A DNA stretch of 64,000 nucleotides from assembly GCA_947478395.1 (NCBI GenBank), contig CANJVR010000009.1, positions 1 to 64,000 on the forward strand. The letters run 5' to 3'. This stretch comes from Opitutia bacterium (lineage in GTDB: Bacteria > Verrucomicrobiota > Verrucomicrobiia > Opitutales > Opitutaceae). Under the pieces are notes generated by a model. The model made no database searches. It was not told where the DNA came from and saw only the letters and a program-made list of their open reading frames with translations. The position numbers and the translations under genes were made by a program. This document shows, one piece after another, positions 59,757-64,000 of this stretch; positions within the stretch are counted from its first letter, which is position 1, and every line of letters begins with the position of its first letter.

Positions 59757-59872
59757 CATTAACCATATTTCCATTTCCAATAAATTAAATAATTTCTAAA
59801 AACAAAACCCCACATATGCCAATACTATATTAAAAAATAAAATATAGATATATTTACAATAATAAATACCAA
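59757..59872. promoter_or_regulatory. Extremely AT-rich intergenic region upstream of sensor kinase B
   Basis: 59821-59870 has only 5 G/C in 50 nt; contains TATATT and TTTACA elements. Confidence 0.55.
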
Positions 59873-59952
59873 CTCCGCGTTCATTGCGAAGAGCGCCTAT
59901 TAAGGGCCGATCACGCCGCCAGCTCCAACGCACCAAGCAAAAGCACAAATCT

Positions 59953-62052
59953 ATGCCCATAATAATTATAGCCATCGCAATTTTCACCATAGCCCTGGGT
60001 GCTGTTGTCGCATGGGCAAACCCAGAGCGCTTGCTTAATCGCGCATTCTGTACCGCAGCCATCATCCAGGCCATCTGGCTCGGATGCGTCTATGCAATGA
60101 TTCTAGCAGGCTCTCGAGGCAATTTAGACGAGGTCGCTTTTTGGTTGAGGCTAAATGCAGCATTCTCCGCATTTTTTCCTCTTACACTTTGGTTAACCAA
60201 GGAACTTGTCTCAGTACCCAAGGACCACAAACGCCTGTTAATGAATTGTATCCCATGGATTCTCGCTGGCGTTCTATTAGCGTCGCTTGCGTACACACCT
60301 TCATTTGTTTTTCGAGGAACGAACCCTCAACGCTATGAGCGTGGACCTGGCTACTATTTATACGAGCTACTGGCGCTAACCATCTATTGCATTCTAGTAA
60401 CAGAAACGTTTCGAAAGATGCGAAGCCTAAGCGGCATGCGACGCATTGAAACTCAATTTCTCGCGATGAACCTAGTAATCGCCGGACTCATCGGAACACT
60501 TTTAACCGCAGTAGGCACTTATCTCGATAGCTCGGCATTAAAGAGACTGAGCATTGCCGCATTTTTCTGCGCTTACGCGGCCTCGGCTTGGGCCATAAGC
60601 ACACATCGCATATTCGAATTCCGTCAAGTTTTCACGTCGATTTCGCAACGGATTAGCGTCATAATTATATCTGGTGTTGGTGTAGCCAGCGCAACTTGGT
60701 TTCTCGATATTTTCCTACCCCAATATATCGCTCTTTTCATCAGTACATTATTTTTCGGAGCTTTAGCTTTTTTATTGGATCGCAAGTCGCGCGAGTGGCT
60801 CGACCTAAATAGGATGCGTCACCTTGCGAGATTTCGGCAGACTTTTATCGAGGTCGCGAAGCGCGAAGCGAGTCCGGACGAATTATGTCTGCGATTCTCA
60901 ACGTTATTGAGCGCCGAACATGGAACACTCCATGCCATGCTGCTGATCGATAAAGGTGTGGGAGTCCCTGAGTCGGCGCTAGAGATCTCCAAAAGCCGTC
61001 TTGGCTATTCCGCGCTCTGCCAGATGGGCTGGGCCACTCCTGAAAGTCTTGAGCGGCGACGGCCCGATCCAGCTTTGGCTGACTTGCAAGATTTCCTCTC
61101 TGAAAACAATCTCGGCGTGATTGTTACCAGTCCCCATGGCAGTGAAAGCCCCGCCTTGGTCGTTGCGTTAGGCAGGAAACCCAACGATTGGCCTTTCACT
61201 TACCCCGAGGTCCAGCGGCTTCAGAATATTGCCGAGCTGATGGATAGCATCCTCGCCCGCTCTCGCCTCGCCATGCAGGCCGCCATGCAGGTAAAACTGG
61301 AGCACATGGCGATGATGTCACGCGGCCTGGCCCACGATCTGAGCAATCTCATTACACCCATCTCGTCGTTTCTGATTTGCACCGATGGTAGATTCCCAGT
61401 CGGCACCACTGAAGCAGAGGTTCATTTCGCCGCGCGGCGCTCGATTCGGGTGATGGGCGAGTATGTCCGGGAGGCACTATTTTTTTCAGAGCGACTTTCT
61501 CCAAACTTCGAGCGCGTCGATCCTGGCGCGCTGTTTCGCGCGGTCCAAGACCTCACCACCGCCCAGGCCACCGAGCAAGGTGTCGTAATTTCGATCTCAT
61601 CCGATTATCATGACACGTTCCAAGGCGACACGATCCTCCTCCACCGCACGCTCGTCAATTTGGTGAATAATGCCCTCGACGCCTCAAAGACCGGTCAAGT
61701 TATTGAATTGTCCGCAACCGCTGGGCCCCTCGGCCGGGTCCTTATCAAAGTGAGCGATTGCGGCTCCGGCGTGCCGCCGGAAAACATTGCGCGGATTTTC
61801 GATCCTTATTTTACGACGAAACAGTTTGGCGCCGAAGTGCGCGGTTTTGGCCTGGGGCTGACTATCTGCCAAAAAATCGTGCATCTGCATCACGGGACCA
61901 TTTCGGTAAGTAGCAGGCCGAACCGAGGCACGACGTTCACCATCGACCTGCCCATTTCACCAGCCCCCAACGGTACTCGGATGACGCAAACCCGCGTTGC
62001 CCCCCAGCCGCGCGAGATCGCGATCGCAAGGCCTCAGCCCATCCTAACATGA
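59953..62052 (+). CDS. Membrane sensor histidine kinase B (paralogue of kinase A)
   Basis: WANP.R..NR.F plus multiple TM helices; WATPESL.RRRP and PFTYPEV shared with kinase A; AHDLSNL, NLVNNA, DCGSGV, GFGLGL. Confidence 0.9.
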   Translation: MPIIIIAIAIFTIALGAVVAWANPERLLNRAFCTAAIIQAIWLGCVYAMILAGSRGNLDEVAFWLRLNAAFSAFFPLTLWLTKELVSVPKDHKRLLMNCIPWILAGVLLASLAYTPSFVFRGTNPQRYERGPGYYLYELLALTIYCILVTETFRKMRSLSGMRRIETQFLAMNLVIAGLIGTLLTAVGTYLDSSALKRLSIAAFFCAYAASAWAISTHRIFEFRQVFTSISQRISVIIISGVGVASATWFLDIFLPQYIALFISTLFFGALAFLLDRKSREWLDLNRMRHLARFRQTFIEVAKREASPDELCLRFSTLLSAEHGTLHAMLLIDKGVGVPESALEISKSRLGYSALCQMGWATPESLERRRPDPALADLQDFLSENNLGVIVTSPHGSESPALVVALGRKPNDWPFTYPEVQRLQNIAELMDSILARSRLAMQAAMQVKLEHMAMMSRGLAHDLSNLITPISSFLICTDGRFPVGTTEAEVHFAARRSIRVMGEYVREALFFSERLSPNFERVDPGALFRAVQDLTTAQATEQGVVISISSDYHDTFQGDTILLHRTLVNLVNNALDASKTGQVIELSATAGPLGRVLIKVSDCGSGVPPENIARIFDPYFTTKQFGAEVRGFGLGLTICQKIVHLHHGTISVSSRPNRGTTFTIDLPISPAPNGTRMTQTRVAPQPREIAIARPQPILT

Positions 62053-63269
62053 GCCGGCGGATCGATCACCTCTTTACCCCTCGTATCCTTGTGGTGGATG
62101 ACGAGCAACAAATCCACGCCTCACTACGGCTACGATTGGCCAAGGACCACGAGATCGTTTCCTGTCTTGATCCCGCCGCCGCCCTTAGCGTGGTCGCCGA
62201 ATCCCAGTTCGATCTGTGCCTCGTCGACATCCATATGCCCGGAATGGATGGACTCACCTTCATCGAGGCCGCCCAAAAAAGCGATCCAGCGCTCGGCTTT
62301 GTGGTCCTCAGCGCGTTCGATTCAGCTGAAAATCTCCGCCGTACCATCCCGCTTCAGGTTTTTGAATTCGTGACGAAACCGTTCCCGGAACGACATGAAT
62401 TCGAGGCGCGCATCCCGGGCTGGGTCGACCGGACCCGCAAACAAAGGCAGGAGCAAAAACTCGCCCTAGACGCCGCCATCCTCAACCGCGAGCTCGAGTT
62501 CGCTCGTCAGGAACGCGAAATCGAGCTGGTTGCCTCGGAAACAGCCCGGGATGCGTTGCTCCAAACGACCAACCTGCTCACCACCGTCAACGCCCACCTC
62601 GACACAGCGGTGGCTCTCGTTGCCACAAAAGCCAAGGCTGACCTAGGTTCCGCCCCGCTGCTGCGGAATTTGGACGTGGCCCGAAAAACCGCCGACGCCG
62701 CGGTCACGGTGGCCGAAAAATTCTTCGGCTCTGCCTACGCCAACCGCGACTCTGCGCCAGCCTTCATCGATTCAGGCCTTCAGCATGCCATCCAGATTGC
62801 GCTGCGCATGAATATCGCCGGGATCGAAAGCAAAGCCGTGGATTTCTCCCCGGCCGATGGACGTTCGTTGGTGCGTGGGCTATCCGGCATCGATTTTCTC
62901 CTCATGATGATCCCGCTCGTTAGCCTCGCATTGATGGTGACCGAGCCGAACACCACCGTCGGCCTGCGGGCGGAAACGATCGGGCGACTCGACGTTGTTT
63001 CAAAAGACTCCCGGTTTCGGAACTATCTTTGGATCAACCGTCGCAACGCGCTCAGCAGCCAGCCGGGTGTCATGATTTCGCTGGCCGCAACCGCGCCGGC
63101 ATTCGCCCGTGCGGCGGCGGTAAGTTGGCTGAACGGGGACGATGGCCCGCTCGCCTCCAATACGCCGCGCGGGCTAGTTGCCGGCCTCCAAAAAAGCCGC
63201 GGCCTCCTAGGTCTGAGCATATCACCTCTTTGCGATCAGTTTCGAGTCTGTCTCGCTCTTCCCGGATAA
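62049..63269 (+). CDS. Response regulator: intact REC + coiled coil + degenerate kinase-like output domain
   Basis: VVDDE, VDIHMP, LSA, TKP; C-terminus has no recognisable H-, N- or G-boxes; ATGA overlap with kinase B. Confidence 0.8.
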   Translation: MSRRIDHLFTPRILVVDDEQQIHASLRLRLAKDHEIVSCLDPAAALSVVAESQFDLCLVDIHMPGMDGLTFIEAAQKSDPALGFVVLSAFDSAENLRRTIPLQVFEFVTKPFPERHEFEARIPGWVDRTRKQRQEQKLALDAAILNRELEFARQEREIELVASETARDALLQTTNLLTTVNAHLDTAVALVATKAKADLGSAPLLRNLDVARKTADAAVTVAEKFFGSAYANRDSAPAFIDSGLQHAIQIALRMNIAGIESKAVDFSPADGRSLVRGLSGIDFLLMMIPLVSLALMVTEPNTTVGLRAETIGRLDVVSKDSRFRNYLWINRRNALSSQPGVMISLAATAPAFARAAAVSWLNGDDGPLASNTPRGLVAGLQKSRGLLGLSISPLCDQFRVCLALPG

Positions 63270-63296
63270 GCCGAAGCGAAACCCTCACTGATCATC

Positions 63297-64000
63297 GTGC
63301 TCACGATCATCTCCAGTGTCGCACGGGAACGCGCTGCCTTCGCCGCGTTAAGCGACGCCCGCCGATGGGGCTACTCGGAGTGCGACAGCATCCGCGCATT
63401 CAAGAGGCTGCTGCAACACACCCGACCTGGAATTGTCTTAGTCCGACAGAAACTGAGCGATGGGTACTCGGATGACGTGATCGCGCTCTTGAAGGACAAC
63501 GGGGCTTCCGCCACGAAAATCGTGGTCCTACTTCCCGCCGGTTCACCGTCGGCGCTGGAGGCCCGCCAAATCGCGCTGGGCGCACATTGCGTGCAACGTG
63601 ATCCCGTTCGCACTGACGTGCTGGTCGAATATCTCAACCAATACCGCGTCCATTCGAAACACACCGCGAAAGCCTCTCCGGCGGCAGCGCCCACGTTCCC
63701 ATTCGCCGGCGCCACCATTCATTTCGTCGATCGAAAAATTGAATCAAAAGGAAAATCGGCGAGCCTGACCCCGCGCGAGCTCCAGCTCGCCGGGCTGCTT
63801 GGCGAATCCGCGGGGGCCGTGCTTTCATACGAAACTTTGTATAGCGAAATTCTCAGCCAGAAATTTCGGGGCGACACCAGCAACCTACGCGTGCTGCTCG
63901 GCAAGCTCGATGTTTCCGCGCGCCGCGCCGGCATCGCGCTCCGCAGCTGGGTCGAGGTGATTCCAAAACTGGGCTATCGGTATCGCGCCCCTTCATCCGA
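63297..64000 (+). CDS. OmpR/PhoB-type winged-helix regulator with pseudo-receiver, 3' end outside window (not in ORF track)
   Basis: Manual translation: MLTIISSVARER...PGIVLVRQKLSDG...GAHCVQRDP...LTPRELQLAGLL...VLSYETLY...TSNLRVLLGKL...EVIPKLGYRY; no stop before 64000. Confidence 0.8.
   Translation, partial: MLTIISSVARERAAFAALSDARRWGYSECDSIRAFKRLLQHTRPGIVLVRQKLSDGYSDDVIALLKDNGASATKIVVLLPAGSPSALEARQIALGAHCVQRDPVRTDVLVEYLNQYRVHSKHTAKASPAAAPTFPFAGATIHFVDRKIESKGKSASLTPRELQLAGLLGESAGAVLSYETLYSEILSQKFRGDTSNLRVLLGKLDVSARRAGIALRSWVEVIPKLGYRYRAPSS

Noticed and set aside
59796..60074. Minus-strand 92-aa hydrophobic ORF as a peptide pheromone precursor
   Set aside because: It overlaps the start of kinase B, its composition reflects the AT tract, and no processing or export gene is nearby.
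63267..63297. Stop-codon readthrough fusing the two in-frame regulators
   Set aside because: The stop is TAA, a GTG start follows, and being in frame has a one-in-three chance.

Overview
GC-rich bacterial chromosome segment. The rpoZ, rpsO and pnp sequences, the DUF1552/PSCyt pair and the PVC-type dehydrogenase suggest Verrucomicrobiota, probably Opitutaceae (inference). Layout: (1) 1-32 kb is accessory, carbohydrate-degrading DNA: a partial PL10 pectate lyase, two PL26-like exo-rhamnogalacturonan lyases, CE12, GH29 and many secreted esterases, plus tRNA-fMet, a nifS-PaaK-like pair, a WD40 protein and a lone rpoZ. (2) 32-38 kb holds LPS/surface glycosyl- and methyltransferases. (3) 38-43 kb is the core block dciA-rpsO-pnp-surE. 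(4) 43-51 kb is an XylR-type-regulated sugar oxidation cluster. (5) 51-64 kb is a signalling locus and the most interesting part. An overlapping operon places a stand-alone FabF/KS-like protein directly upstream of a 7TM sensor kinase, a pseudokinase and a nucleotidyltransferase. The KS keeps its catalytic Cys but has lost both catalytic His residues (to Trp and Asn). Across rmuC lies a second arm with a paralogous 7TM kinase, a REC-pseudokinase and a pseudo-receiver OmpR regulator. The KS and the sensor-domain DNA are markedly AT-rich compared with the kinase cores, as in polymorphic quorum-sensing cassettes. No CRISPR array, rRNA, transposase or integrase was seen. All calls come from reading motifs; no database searches were run.
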